Below the pieces are notes generated by a model. The model did no database searches, was not told the DNA's origin, and saw only the letters and a program-made list of their open reading frames with translations. A DNA stretch of 46,554 nucleotides from a virus (Duplodnaviria > Caudoviricetes). The translations under genes were made by a program, and so were the position numbers. Below are positions 26,578 to 36,296 of the stretch, piece by piece (position 1 is the stretch's first letter; every line of letters begins with the position of its first letter). The DNA lies in the IMG/VR virus record IMGVR_UViG_3300020045_006090, positions 1-46,554 of that record; one strand, written 5' to 3'.

Positions 26578-28002
26578 TTACATCAAAACTCCATCGTCAT
26601 TAGCATCGATTGTTTGGTTCATATGCTGTTGCAATGATGTCCCAATTGATTTTGAAATGCCCTCGGCATCCGTCGCTTGCGTTTGAATATTTATATCACC
26701 TGTGTTTACGGTCCTAGAATTGGTTTTTAATCCAATGCCCGAAGTAGCAACAGATCCGGCGGATTGTGCCGCAAGGCCGTTAGAAGCCGCGCCTTGAATA
26801 GCAGCAACGCCATTCATTACAAAATCTTTAATCCCACCGAAATTAAAGAATTCCTTAATCTTATCCATTAGCCAGATTAAATCGTCGCCAAAGCTTTTAA
26901 GCCATTCAATTGTCTTTCCAATTACCGAGGGACCGCCATTGAAAGCCGACCACAGATCATCAATTACAAGCGCGGCAATGGCTACAACAGCAATGACAAG
27001 TAGAATAGGCGATAAAAAGGCCCACACCGAGGCGGCGGCTATGCCTACAGCGGCTCCAAATCCGGCAATCGACGCAGTTGCAAGGAAAGCTAAAAGCGGC
27101 ACAGCGATGAATTCAAGGGCTACAGCGGCGATTGCCGGGGCAAGGCGATATAAAAGCGCACCTGATACCGCAATAAGGACGCTGGAAATTATCTGACCGT
27201 TTTCATTTGCAAATTTACCGACAGCGACAAAACCTTTTCCAAGCATTGTAAGCGGCGGGAGCAATACCCGTAATATAGACCCGGCAATTGTTCTAAATAC
27301 ATGGGAAAGATCGTCCATCGTGTCCTTCCATTGCGCGGCCTCTTTAGCTTGCTCGGCGGTGACAACGCCTAATTCCCTTTGTCTTTGAATAAGTTCATCA
27401 AGCCCGCGCCGCCCCTGTTGCAATAGCATGATTGTGCCTTGGCTTAAGCCAAGCTTTCGACCGAAACCAATAGATTCGGCTTTGCTCATTCCCTCAAAAG
27501 CACCTGAAATTTCTTTGAATAGTTCAAGCGGGTCTTTTGCTTTTCCTCCCGCCTCGGTCATTGAAATTCCAAGCTCTTTAAAGAACGGCTGAACTCGAGA
27601 CTTTCCAAGCGTATCGAGCTGCGCCATGTTTGCGCTTAATGTAGCGACATCGGCCCTAAAGCCTTCGGATGATCCGCCAGCCAATTTAGCGGCATCGCCC
27701 CACGCACTTAAATTCTCAACGCTAATTCCTAAAGCTTCACTTGCTTCATCAAGCTGATCGGCAAAATGAATTGTATCTGAAAACTTTGCAGCGACAGCCC
27801 CGGCGGATATGAATGCGGCAAGAAGCCCGGCGGCTGATTTTGCGGCACCGACAAGGGATCCGCCAAGCTTTGCTGTCGCGCTGTCTGTTTTGCCGATTGT
27901 ATCTTCAAGCTTTTTGACTGATTTGTCGGCCTGATCCGCGCCCTCCTTGACATCTTTGGAGTCGGATTCGAACAAGATAAGGAATGTTTCTAACAAAGAC
28001 AT
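26578..28002 (-). CDS. Tape measure protein (short, 474 aa)
   Basis: Ala/Gly-rich helical protein with a hydrophobic segment; follows the chaperones. Confidence 0.88.
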   Translation of the reverse strand: MSLLETFLILFESDSKDVKEGADQADKSVKKLEDTIGKTDSATAKLGGSLVGAAKSAAGLLAAFISAGAVAAKFSDTIHFADQLDEASEALGISVENLSAWGDAAKLAGGSSEGFRADVATLSANMAQLDTLGKSRVQPFFKELGISMTEAGGKAKDPLELFKEISGAFEGMSKAESIGFGRKLGLSQGTIMLLQQGRRGLDELIQRQRELGVVTAEQAKEAAQWKDTMDDLSHVFRTIAGSILRVLLPPLTMLGKGFVAVGKFANENGQIISSVLIAVSGALLYRLAPAIAAVALEFIAVPLLAFLATASIAGFGAAVGIAAASVWAFLSPILLVIAVVAIAALVIDDLWSAFNGGPSVIGKTIEWLKSFGDDLIWLMDKIKEFFNFGGIKDFVMNGVAAIQGAASNGLAAQSAGSVATSGIGLKTNSRTVNTGDINIQTQATDAEGISKSIGTSLQQHMNQTIDANDDGVLM

Positions 28003-28003
28003 T

Positions 28004-28243
28004 TTATTTATTTTTCCCTTTTGCGTGTTCGATGGCTAGGTGTTCGTTATATCGAGGAATAACGATAGTTTCCCACATCAAAAAGGCATCTTCGAGCGAA
28101 TAGATGGTCCTTAATTCGTGGAGGGTGGCGCGTCTTTCCGCGATGATTGGGCCGATAAGTCCGTCAACATTTTGGTAATCAACGCTGGGACTTTCTGGGC
28201 GATACCCTCGAAGAAAGTCGAGGCCCGCCCGTTCCCGAAAAAA
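28004..28243 (-). CDS. Tail assembly chaperone GT (-1 frameshift extension)
   Basis: ATLHELRTIYSLEDAFLMWE ORF lies in the -1 frame of the chaperone, entered at slippery T TTT TTC (28243..28237). Confidence 0.7.
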   Translation of the reverse strand, partial: FFRERAGLDFLRGYRPESPSVDYQNVDGLIGPIIAERRATLHELRTIYSLEDAFLMWETIVIPRYNEHLAIEHAKGKNK

Positions 28244-28554
28244 CTGCAATTATATTCTACCATTCCCGCTTCTATGCGAGCCAATGTTTCCCAATCAGGC
28301 ACATGGCTTTGAATGAGGGCTTCGGTTGTTAGCCTTTGCTGCGTACCGGCGTCGGTCGTTACCTCAACAAAGGATAATATTTTCAGCATCATTTCTTTAT
28401 TCGTTTTGTAATCACCAAGCTTAGGAATTGCGCTGATAGGATATTGAGTAAGAATTTCCCGACCTGAAATCGCATCGAATTTGGAAAGCGTATAAGTTTT
28501 TTCAACGCCTTCCTGAGTTTTAATTTGAACTTGCTTTGGCTGAATAAGAGACAT
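28111..28554 (-). CDS. Tail assembly chaperone G
   Basis: Lies between tube and tape measure; YTLSKFDAISGREI...HVPDWETL. Confidence 0.82.
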   Translation of the reverse strand: MSLIQPKQVQIKTQEGVEKTYTLSKFDAISGREILTQYPISAIPKLGDYKTNKEMMLKILSFVEVTTDAGTQQRLTTEALIQSHVPDWETLARIEAGMVEYNCSFFGNGRASTFFEGIAQKVPALITKMLTDLSAQSSRKDAPPSTN

Positions 28555-28558
28555 GATT

Positions 28559-29005
28559 TTATGAACCTACTTTGTTTTCAAAGACGAACATATAAGGCTT
28601 TGACTTCATACGCCCGGCTGATGCGACTGGATTGCCCGGAATACCTGAATAAATCTTTCCTTGGGTCAATGTCAATGTTTTACCTGAAGGATATATCGCT
28701 GTCATTGTAATGACGTCCCTTGCGCTTGTTTTGCCACGCGCTACCCGGTTGGCCTCATAAAGAACCGCAAGATTTTTATCATCTTCGCTTTCAGGAATAA
28801 CATTGATGGTGGCATCAAGCGGATTAGGCGTAGACCATGTAACAAGATCACCGTTTAAACCCATTTCACGGCCCATGATTTCGATTGCCGCAAAATCAAA
28901 CGGGTCGGCGTCGCTGGCAAATTGGGTAATATTAAAGCCCGCCGGAAAAGTGACCGACGCAACAATCTGAATTTTTAGGCCGAAGCCTGAGATATCATTT
29001 GCCAT
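28559..29005 (-). CDS. Tail tube protein
   Basis: DISGFGL...TFPAGFNITQFASDADP...GRMKSKPYMFVFE; follows the sheath. Confidence 0.88.
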   Translation of the reverse strand: MANDISGFGLKIQIVASVTFPAGFNITQFASDADPFDFAAIEIMGREMGLNGDLVTWSTPNPLDATINVIPESEDDKNLAVLYEANRVARGKTSARDVITMTAIYPSGKTLTLTQGKIYSGIPGNPVASAGRMKSKPYMFVFENKVGS

Positions 29006-29030
29006 TGATGGCCTCCTAAAATTGGGTTTA

Positions 29031-30530
29031 CTAGATCAGTGTATGAGTGCCTTCGACTTTGCGGATTGCATCGTCTTTTGAATAGATAAGCGTATAAACG
29101 GCTTTAAATTCAATCCCGCCATCTTCAGTTTGAATTTCCTGAATCTTGCAATCAAGCCAATATCCGATGTTTTGAACTTGGTGCCAGGCAAGATCGTCGC
29201 CAGTAATTTCACCGATGTATAATTTTTGGGTTGTATTAAGGGACTTGCCAATGCTGATCGTGCCATTAAACAAAGCGAGATCTATTACAGACTGAACGAT
29301 TGCGATTAATTGGCTTCGGCCTTCGTCGTTTGCCGATACCCTTGAAAGCGCAAGAAGCAATTGCATGATCGATGATCCGGCTTGATCTTTAAGCCATTGC
29401 TCGTTTGCATACACGTTCTGATCGCGTGGATTTACAGCAAGCCCGGTCAGCACGCCGCGCTGATAGAAATCGATAAATTGTCCGGCTGTCTGTGTTCGAC
29501 CGTAATAATTTATTCTCAGGCTGTCGTATAGATTTGAATCCGCAGTTTTTGTAACTTTCGGCGTCAAGTTAAATTGTTGGAACATATAATTTTGGACCGA
29601 ATTACGCTTTGTGTAATCGGTAGCCGCCTCGATCATCATCGGGACCATTTCATCAAACTCAGTTTCAATTGGTGCCAGCGTAAGCGCGTTACCGGGAATG
29701 CTAATCAAAGCATCATGCCAAGTTTGTGCAGTATCGGCCACAATCGGTACCATCATCATAAACTTATTATTTTGAGTGGCATTCCATGTCGCAAGCTCGA
29801 CATAGTTATCAATTGTAAGCTCGGGCATGAAAAGAAATGAACCGAAATTATCCGTAGCGTCTGAGGATAAGATCATTGTTTCAGTCAATGTTTCAACTGC
29901 TGAACCGTCTGAAAGAATTTCACCTGATAGCCAACCAAGCTGTCCTGCGATATCAGATCCCAACGTGCCGGCTGCAACTGAAATAACCGCATCACCTGTT
30001 GTGCCGCCGATAAGATTGAAGCTTTTTCTTGTCGCATCATAAGTCACAACAGCGGCGGTCCATTGCGTCCCTGTTTTTGTTCTGATCGCTGCTTGAATAA
30101 GCGCGGCAACATCGGCGAGCGAAGTCGCGGCAGAGAAATTCAATCCCGACATTACATTAGTATCAGCCCCCATTGTCAGGGAAAAAGAACCTGCTGTGAT
30201 TGGCGTCCAGCTTGCAAGGGCTTGATTAGATTTTGCACCATAAATTCTAGGCGCGACAGCCGCATTTACCCAACGGGCAAAAGAAAGTTTTTTCGGGCGA
30301 GAAATGTTTTTTGAAATCCATGAGAAGTAAAAAACAGCGCGGGCGTATTCTTCAGAGGTCGTGCCAAAATATTCGGCAACTTCTTCTATCGTCGTGAATT
30401 CGATTACAGTTTTAGTAGGCACAAGCGGATTTGTCGTGAAGATGCGACCTATTAAATCCCTTTGACGCACAGAAGAACCGCCGCCAACCCCCGAAATTAT
30501 GTCGATATATTTTTTAAAAGCAATTGCCAT
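29031..30530 (-). CDS. Tail sheath protein (DUF3383)
   Basis: YIDIISGVGG, VAEYFGTTSEEY, INYYGRTQTAG, YSKDDAIRKVEGTH. Confidence 0.93.
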   Translation of the reverse strand: MAIAFKKYIDIISGVGGGSSVRQRDLIGRIFTTNPLVPTKTVIEFTTIEEVAEYFGTTSEEYARAVFYFSWISKNISRPKKLSFARWVNAAVAPRIYGAKSNQALASWTPITAGSFSLTMGADTNVMSGLNFSAATSLADVAALIQAAIRTKTGTQWTAAVVTYDATRKSFNLIGGTTGDAVISVAAGTLGSDIAGQLGWLSGEILSDGSAVETLTETMILSSDATDNFGSFLFMPELTIDNYVELATWNATQNNKFMMMVPIVADTAQTWHDALISIPGNALTLAPIETEFDEMVPMMIEAATDYTKRNSVQNYMFQQFNLTPKVTKTADSNLYDSLRINYYGRTQTAGQFIDFYQRGVLTGLAVNPRDQNVYANEQWLKDQAGSSIMQLLLALSRVSANDEGRSQLIAIVQSVIDLALFNGTISIGKSLNTTQKLYIGEITGDDLAWHQVQNIGYWLDCKIQEIQTEDGGIEFKAVYTLIYSKDDAIRKVEGTHTLI

Positions 30531-30540
30531 TTGGCTCTCC

Positions 30541-31080
30541 TTAAACGCGTTTGATATTAAATTCGGTAGTTTCGACGACAGGACTTGCCAAAATTATGAC
30601 TTGTTCATGGGTCAATGTAAAATCAAAAGAGGGCTGGGCCTCAAAGCGCTCCCGGTCGTCTTTGAAGAAAGGGTTTCGAATTTGCGAAATTCGGTCAATG
30701 CCGATGCCTTTAGCTTTTAGCGCAAGCCTGCCTTTTTCGCCATTTAAAATTTGAACGCATATTGAGGCAAGGTCAAAAGCATTGATTTGACTGGTCATTT
30801 TAGGATCTGATATTTTTAACGTGCTGAGCTGGAATGTCCCCGCCATCCACTGAGATTCAGTATGGACCATTATTTCTTGATCTCGATCCCAAACGTCTTT
30901 TATTTTCGGATGCCCTATAAGATCATCATTTAACTTATAAATTTGGATTGATGGCGGCGTCGGCGTCCCTTGTTGGGTCGGCTGAAACGCTTGCTGAATT
31001 AAGGCATCATTTAACGATCGTGCTGCAAGCCCGGCTTTTAAAACAGTGATTGTTTCTCTAATAAGCTCAAAATCCTGCAT
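30541..31080 (-). CDS. Tail terminator / gateway protein
   Basis: QAFQPTQQGTP...IRNPFFKDDRERFEAQPSFD; likely start MQDFE. Confidence 0.8.
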   Translation of the reverse strand: MQDFELIRETITVLKAGLAARSLNDALIQQAFQPTQQGTPTPPSIQIYKLNDDLIGHPKIKDVWDRDQEIMVHTESQWMAGTFQLSTLKISDPKMTSQINAFDLASICVQILNGEKGRLALKAKGIGIDRISQIRNPFFKDDRERFEAQPSFDFTLTHEQVIILASPVVETTEFNIKRV

Positions 31081-31516
31081 AAAAATTCCCATTGTCGAAA
31101 TTAGCGTGATCAGCGTCAAAGCCCCAATTTGGCGATGAATATATTGTTTCCCCGCCAATATCTACGCATAAAATCTGGCTCCAGCCATCTAATGCAATCC
31201 AAGGATCTGTCGAAAGGCACTGATATTGCCGACCATTCCATGATATTTGATCGCCTGAAATATCCCTTTCGACGCCAATTAAATCATTGCTTGTATAGAA
31301 ATTTATGTAATTCTTTTCGAATTCTAAGCCATTTTTCTCATAAAGATTGCGAGGTACGGGCTGAACACTGCCCCTGATCATTTCAGGCGGATAATGGGTC
31401 GTGATCCAATTTCCCTCGTTATTTAAAGAACGTGAGAAAAATTTAAAATAGTTTACCGGCTGCGATTGGATAACTCGCAAGGCCATATTTAATAAATTCG
31501 ATCCTGGAATTATCAT
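31067..31516 (-). CDS. Head closure / neck (collar) protein
   Basis: IPGSNLLNMAL...GSVQPVPR...GDQISWNGRQY; synteny. Confidence 0.78.
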   Translation of the reverse strand: MIIPGSNLLNMALRVIQSQPVNYFKFFSRSLNNEGNWITTHYPPEMIRGSVQPVPRNLYEKNGLEFEKNYINFYTSNDLIGVERDISGDQISWNGRQYQCLSTDPWIALDGWSQILCVDIGGETIYSSPNWGFDADHANFDNGNFYAGF

Positions 31517-32004
31517 CGGTCCTCAACGGTGTTGTTTACTGTCGCAAGCATTAATCCCGAATCTACCAAAGGCTTTGTAAGATTGCCTACAGTTTTTTTA
31601 TCGGCGCGCTTCCGCATCCGGGCTTTAATTGTTCCCGGCTTAAGCGCGGGCTCCGTAATTGTCGAAATCTTTTTGCGGACATCGGCGGCGGCAAGAAGGC
31701 CTAAAGCTTCCATGACGTTCTGCGTGGTCGAATTGCCCGCCATGATCGCCTTTGCCCCTGATGTAACCAAAGCGATCCAAGCCGCCGATTGCTCATTAAT
31801 CGTTGATCTTAGCATCGGGCGGGGCGGAATTCCCCCGGCGGCATATCCGAACTCCTGAATTGCAGCTACATAAGCGACAGGCGTGCCGTCAGGATATTTA
31901 GCGGACTCGAACCAACCGACCTTGCCGACCTTATCATCCAATGCGGCAAGGGCGTTTTTAAGCTGTTCCATGCCCGGCCCCGGCTTTCGGACCACCCGAG
32001 CCAT
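31513..32004 (-). CDS. Neck / tail completion protein (HK97 gp10-like)
   Basis: VGWFESAKYPDG...VAAIQEFG...IPPRPMLR...KPLVDSG. Confidence 0.82.
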   Translation of the reverse strand: MARVVRKPGPGMEQLKNALAALDDKVGKVGWFESAKYPDGTPVAYVAAIQEFGYAAGGIPPRPMLRSTINEQSAAWIALVTSGAKAIMAGNSTTQNVMEALGLLAAADVRKKISTITEPALKPGTIKARMRKRADKKTVGNLTKPLVDSGLMLATVNNTVEDR

Positions 32005-32005
32005 T

Positions 32006-32365
32006 TTAAACGTCCTCTAGGTCAACCGTTTGCCCGGCTAGGTTGTGAGTGCAATCGCCGAGAAATTCTATTTTGCCATCAGTCACAAAAGAATGGCAGA
32101 TCGTCGGACGTTTAGGGATTTTTTCTCCTGACATGACGCGCTGATATTCTTCCTCGGTCAATTCCTGTGTCCCGGTTACAAGCATGGATGCGCGAAAGGT
32201 AGGATTTTCGAAATCACCATTAAAAGTCCATACATCTTTAAAGCCGCCCATTCCGTTTGGATTTTGAGGCGTCGTATTGAAAACATGTCCGCATTGGCAA
32301 GCCGGGCAAAATATCAGAAATTCTCCGGTCTTTTTATCATCGCGTATAATCTCGCCGACTTTCAT
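32006..32365 (-). CDS. DUF6527-family protein
   Basis: FCPACQCGH...WTFNGDFENPTFRASML...CHSFVTDGKIEFLGDCTH; TAATG coupling gives start 32365. Confidence 0.75.
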   Translation of the reverse strand: MKVGEIIRDDKKTGEFLIFCPACQCGHVFNTTPQNPNGMGGFKDVWTFNGDFENPTFRASMLVTGTQELTEEEYQRVMSGEKIPKRPTICHSFVTDGKIEFLGDCTHNLAGQTVDLEDV

Positions 32366-32802
32366 TAAAAGATGCCCCCGACTTTTCTGAATGCTGATCG
32401 CTCCGGAAGCCCGCCGATATACATGCCGCCGACGCTTTCGATCTGCAGCAAGGCTAAAAGCTGCTGTCCGTACGGGGATAGGTTTAGCCAATATTGAAAA
32501 GAATTCGCGGCGGTCGGAATATCCATCGACACCGATACTTGCCCGATGCTCGATTGCGATACATTGCCGAGCGCTCCGCCTGATGCAATTGTATCTGAAA
32601 TGAAGGTAAGGTGGGCTGTTAGCAGCCAAAGAACGCGGGTTTGCGACGCCCCTAAAAGGCTTTCATTTACATTTGTCGTTGTGTAAATCGCGGCTGTATC
32701 GAAATAGGCGTTTAATGTCGCGTCTGAATATTTCGATGAACTTGCATAGGCGGGGAAAGCAGCGCGAAAGGCCGACGGGTCAAAAACTATTACGTCGGCC
32801 AT
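32365..32802 (-). CDS. Head-tail adaptor (DUF4054)
   Basis: FRAAFPAY...LLTAHL...IGQVSVS...LSPYGQQLLALL. Confidence 0.88.
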   Translation of the reverse strand: MADVIVFDPSAFRAAFPAYASSSKYSDATLNAYFDTAAIYTTTNVNESLLGASQTRVLWLLTAHLTFISDTIASGGALGNVSQSSIGQVSVSMDIPTAANSFQYWLNLSPYGQQLLALLQIESVGGMYIGGLPERSAFRKVGGIF

Positions 32803-32814
32803 TTCGCTACCTCA

Positions 32815-33180
32815 TTATTTTTTATCGTTAGAATTTACTACTGGTGGCTTATCTTTAAAATCTGCATCGACAAGCGGTGCGGATTCATCGCGGGTTTCCT
32901 GATCGGCTGCAATATTTTCAGGGTCGTATTTAGCATCAAGGACTTTGATAAAACCATTCTCGCAATGAAGCTTGAAATCGTAATTGTCCTTAATCGCTTC
33001 ATACTGAGCGTCGGTGATTTGAGTAAGAACACCGATTTTCGTCATGAAATGCTTATCAGCTACATTGGATCCGCCATCGATATGCACGGTAGCATCGCGG
33101 ATAGGCAAATCACCGCCACCTTTTTTATATGTGGTGTATGCCTGTCCGCTTGTAAGGGTAGAGTAAATAAATTTAGCCAT
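32815..33180 (-). CDS. Conserved head-region protein
   Basis: Follows the MCP; IYSTLT...IDGGSNVA...FKLHCENGFI. Confidence 0.7.
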   Translation of the reverse strand: MAKFIYSTLTSGQAYTTYKKGGGDLPIRDATVHIDGGSNVADKHFMTKIGVLTQITDAQYEAIKDNYDFKLHCENGFIKVLDAKYDPENIAADQETRDESAPLVDADFKDKPPVVNSNDKK

Positions 33181-33199
33181 TGTTCAATTTTCCTTCTGA

Positions 33200-34303
33200 T
33201 TAAATACCTGAATAGCGACGGACAGCCCACGGACGCTTAAGCATTACACCGCCAAGCGCATTTGAGTAATCTTCAACCATTGCTTTAGCTTGCTGTTCTG
33301 TACCAACAAGGAAAAAGCGGGCCGCTACGACTTGGACGAATGTCGCGCCACCATCGGTTGATGTGCCAGCAGTTTTTTCAGCGTAGGCATAGAATACGTT
33401 TGAACCGCCGTTTGCACCATTAAGCTCAGGTGCGGAAACAACGCGTGTCAAAGGATAGTTTTCTTCCAACCATTCATTTACCGAATTGCCGTATGTCGAA
33501 GTCACTGTCAGGTAATCAACAGAGTTCGAAGCAATTGCCAAAGTGACAGGCGTTTTTTTCGGGTCGATGATGGCATTAGATGATACGCGAAGATCCCGGA
33601 AAGCTGTTCGTATATCAGCGACGATTTCAAGGAAAGTTTTGGTGGCCCAAGTCGGTGTGCCGCCCGCGCCGTTTGGAACAGTCACATATGATGGCAAGCC
33701 CGGATCATTCAGGAAACCATATGTGCGATTTGCTCCGCCGTTATAGCCAAGGAAACCGAGGCGATTGCGCTCGATATCCAAAGCGATTTGCGCGGCTTCA
33801 CGCTTTTCGGCTGCGGCATTGATATTTTGCTTCGCCATGCGTTTTTCTTCAAGCTTGCCAACTCGCAAACCTTCTTCGAAACGAACGATTGTGCGACGCT
33901 CATAAGTATCTACAAAGCTTGAAAGAGGAATGTTTGAATAATCGCCGTAAGGTTGAGCCTTCCCGGTATATTCTAAAACGCCTTGGACGATTTCTTCATC
34001 TTCCCATGATCCGGCGGTTTGAACGCCAATCAAATCATCAATCAAGCGAGGCTGTGTCGCGACATGGACAAGGCCCGGCAAAAAAGATTGGAGGAATTGA
34101 TTGATGGTAGAACCTGCACCGGAAACGGTCGGGCTGATAAGCGCGTCCATTCCTACAGATTGCATCAATTTGCTGATGTCTGAACTATCGAGGCAAATAC
34201 CAACTTTTCTAAGCGCGGCATAATCTTCGACTTTTGTAAAGTTCATCGGTTGCGCTGTTTGGCGCGGGCCGATGTAGGAATGTTGTTTTGAAACTGCGGG
34301 CAT
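33200..34303 (-). CDS. Major capsid protein (DUF2184, HK97 fold)
   Basis: PYGDYSNIP...RRTIVRFEEGL...YGFLNDPGLP...GVMLKRPWAV. Confidence 0.93.
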   Translation of the reverse strand: MPAVSKQHSYIGPRQTAQPMNFTKVEDYAALRKVGICLDSSDISKLMQSVGMDALISPTVSGAGSTINQFLQSFLPGLVHVATQPRLIDDLIGVQTAGSWEDEEIVQGVLEYTGKAQPYGDYSNIPLSSFVDTYERRTIVRFEEGLRVGKLEEKRMAKQNINAAAEKREAAQIALDIERNRLGFLGYNGGANRTYGFLNDPGLPSYVTVPNGAGGTPTWATKTFLEIVADIRTAFRDLRVSSNAIIDPKKTPVTLAIASNSVDYLTVTSTYGNSVNEWLEENYPLTRVVSAPELNGANGGSNVFYAYAEKTAGTSTDGGATFVQVVAARFFLVGTEQQAKAMVEDYSNALGGVMLKRPWAVRRYSGI

Positions 34304-34314
34304 TTAATCTCTCC

Positions 34315-35016
34315 TTAATTGGTCATTGTGATTACAGCGAGCCCGGCAGCTGCGACATCGAAGTGCGATACGCGAGCGTTAGGAATCAGTGTTTTGCCGG
34401 ATGGTGTAACCGCATTTGCTTTTACTTGACCCGATGCGGCTGTTTGCGATTGATTGACTGTATAAGTCCCAGTGCCGCCTGTACCTGTGCCAAGCGCGGT
34501 GATGTAAGTTCCCGGCAGAATGTTAGGGCCTGTGATTTGAGAACCGACGCCTAGATTTCCCGAAATTGCATCAACGGCTGAAACAGTCAGCGTGGTTGTA
34601 GTAATTGAACCTGTACCGCTGAAATCACCAGCTGTGCCAAGGATCCCAGTCACGTTATCATAGAAAACGCGATCATGAATTTTTGCGGCAGCAGCCAATG
34701 TCACGTACATGATACCCATATCAGCGATATCTTGAACCGCACCGTTTGGCAAAACATTCGATGGAGCCAATGGACCGCCAGCGGCTGTACCAAAAGATAC
34801 CGCTGTTTTAGGATTGGCAAGAATACCAGCGAAAGGTCCGGTGCCGCCAGCTTGAGCAACGCCTTCTGATTTCGTGGTAAATGCGCGTCCGAATACGTTG
34901 TAAGCCGCATCAGCCGAATCTAAAATCATGGCTTTTGCGCGAAGTGGGCCTTCAAAAGCAAGCTCGCCGGGAATTCCGTAAGCTTGCGCTGTATTTACTG
35001 TGGTTGGAAAAGCCAT
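34315..35016 (-). CDS. Capsid cement/decoration protein with inserted beta domain
   Basis: [11 protein letters not shown]...FGRAFT...FAGILANPK; insert [15 protein letters not shown]. Confidence 0.8.
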   Translation of the reverse strand: MAFPTTVNTAQAYGIPGELAFEGPLRAKAMILDSADAAYNVFGRAFTTKSEGVAQAGGTGPFAGILANPKTAVSFGTAAGGPLAPSNVLPNGAVQDIADMGIMYVTLAAAAKIHDRVFYDNVTGILGTAGDFSGTGSITTTTLTVSAVDAISGNLGVGSQITGPNILPGTYITALGTGTGGTGTYTVNQSQTAASGQVKANAVTPSGKTLIPNARVSHFDVAAAGLAVITMTN

Positions 35017-35019
35017 CGG

Positions 35020-36150
35020 TTATGCTCCTGCTTTTTGGTTGATGTAAGAATCGACTTCATCAGACTTCGGCGCGGCATCTTCGGCGGCTGAAATCTTTCT
35101 TGTGTCGGGTGTGCGATTGTGGAAAAAGCCGTCGAGTGCGATTTTTTCCGTACCGGCTGGCACTTCCTTAAGGCCAAGTTTCTCGATGCCGTATTTTGCG
35201 ACTTCATCAAGGGTCATTTCGGAATGATCGAATGAACCGATTACGAATGAAAGCTTTTCAGCCAGGCGGTTCTTTTCAGCAGCGCGCTTCATGAAGGTTT
35301 TTTCGCCATCTTGAACTGCTGTTGAAAGCTTTTTAATTTCAGCGTCCATAGCATCCATAGCTTTTTTATCTTCGGCCTTTTTTTCTTCGTCAGTTTTTTT
35401 GCCTTCTTCTTCGGCATCTTTGGCAGATTTATCGGCGGCGGCTTTATCAGCAGCTTCCTTATCGGCCTTTTCTTTTTCTTCCGCATCTTTAGCGGCTTTG
35501 TCTTTTGCGGCCTGATCTGAGGTCGCGGCAAGCTTTGCTTCCAGTTCTTTGATCTTTTCTAGGGCTTCTTCGAGAGTCATGGTTGGTTCCTTTTTTTCGG
35601 TTTCAGAAATATCGAGGTTGTCAAAAGTAAATTGCTTATGGTCAAGAACAGAAACATCACAGCGGGCCTTATCAACAAGCGCAATGTGATTGCCTCTTAG
35701 GTCGCGTTGGACATACTCGTATGCCTGTCCGTCGAAAATGCCGCTTTGTTTTTCATACCGACATCTATAGCCAAGGGAAAGATCTTTTTTACCGGATTCG
35801 ATTTCGTCAACGAGGCTTTCGCTGAAGATCTTAAGATTAGCGTACATAATCCCGTCACGAAAAGCAACGCCATCGGCAATGATGCCATGAACGCCCTTTT
35901 GTTCCGCCGGGGTCAATCCCTCTCCGGACGGCCCTAACATTGTATGATCGTTGATGAACGGGAGGTGCTTAAAGCTTTCAATTGTTTCAGCATTTTCTAG
36001 TTCTGATGCGGGGCGATAGACGTTATAAATTCGGTCAGGTTCCTCCGCGCCGGGCAAATTGGAGCCCAGATACTGGAAAACCCCACTTCGACTGATGGGG
36101 TTGTTTAGGATTATTACAAAACCGTTTTCATCGACTTTTCTTGAAGTCAT
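35020..36150 (-). CDS. Prohead protease/scaffold (DUF2213)
   Basis: PISRSGVFQYLG, VYRPASEL, DLSLGYRC, NHIALVDKARC; charged scaffold C-terminus. Confidence 0.92.
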   Translation of the reverse strand: MTSRKVDENGFVIILNNPISRSGVFQYLGSNLPGAEEPDRIYNVYRPASELENAETIESFKHLPFINDHTMLGPSGEGLTPAEQKGVHGIIADGVAFRDGIMYANLKIFSESLVDEIESGKKDLSLGYRCRYEKQSGIFDGQAYEYVQRDLRGNHIALVDKARCDVSVLDHKQFTFDNLDISETEKKEPTMTLEEALEKIKELEAKLAATSDQAAKDKAAKDAEEKEKADKEAADKAAADKSAKDAEEEGKKTDEEKKAEDKKAMDAMDAEIKKLSTAVQDGEKTFMKRAAEKNRLAEKLSFVIGSFDHSEMTLDEVAKYGIEKLGLKEVPAGTEKIALDGFFHNRTPDTRKISAAEDAAPKSDEVDSYINQKAGA

Positions 36151-36296
36151 TTCCTGCCTTTTTTAGCTTCTTTCCGTGCCTTTTTGACACATTCAGCTTC
36201 GCCACCGCATGGACAGCATTCCGTTCGAATTGAATAAGAGAATATCCCGATCATGGTTTCGCCACAAGAGAAACAATCAAAACCCTTATTGATCAC
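36147..36296 (-). CDS. Small zinc-finger protein
   Basis: CFSC...CCPC; fills the gap between minor head and protease genes; GTG start inferred. Confidence 0.45.
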   Translation of the reverse strand: MINKGFDCFSCGETMIGIFSYSIRTECCPCGGEAECVKKARKEAKKGRK

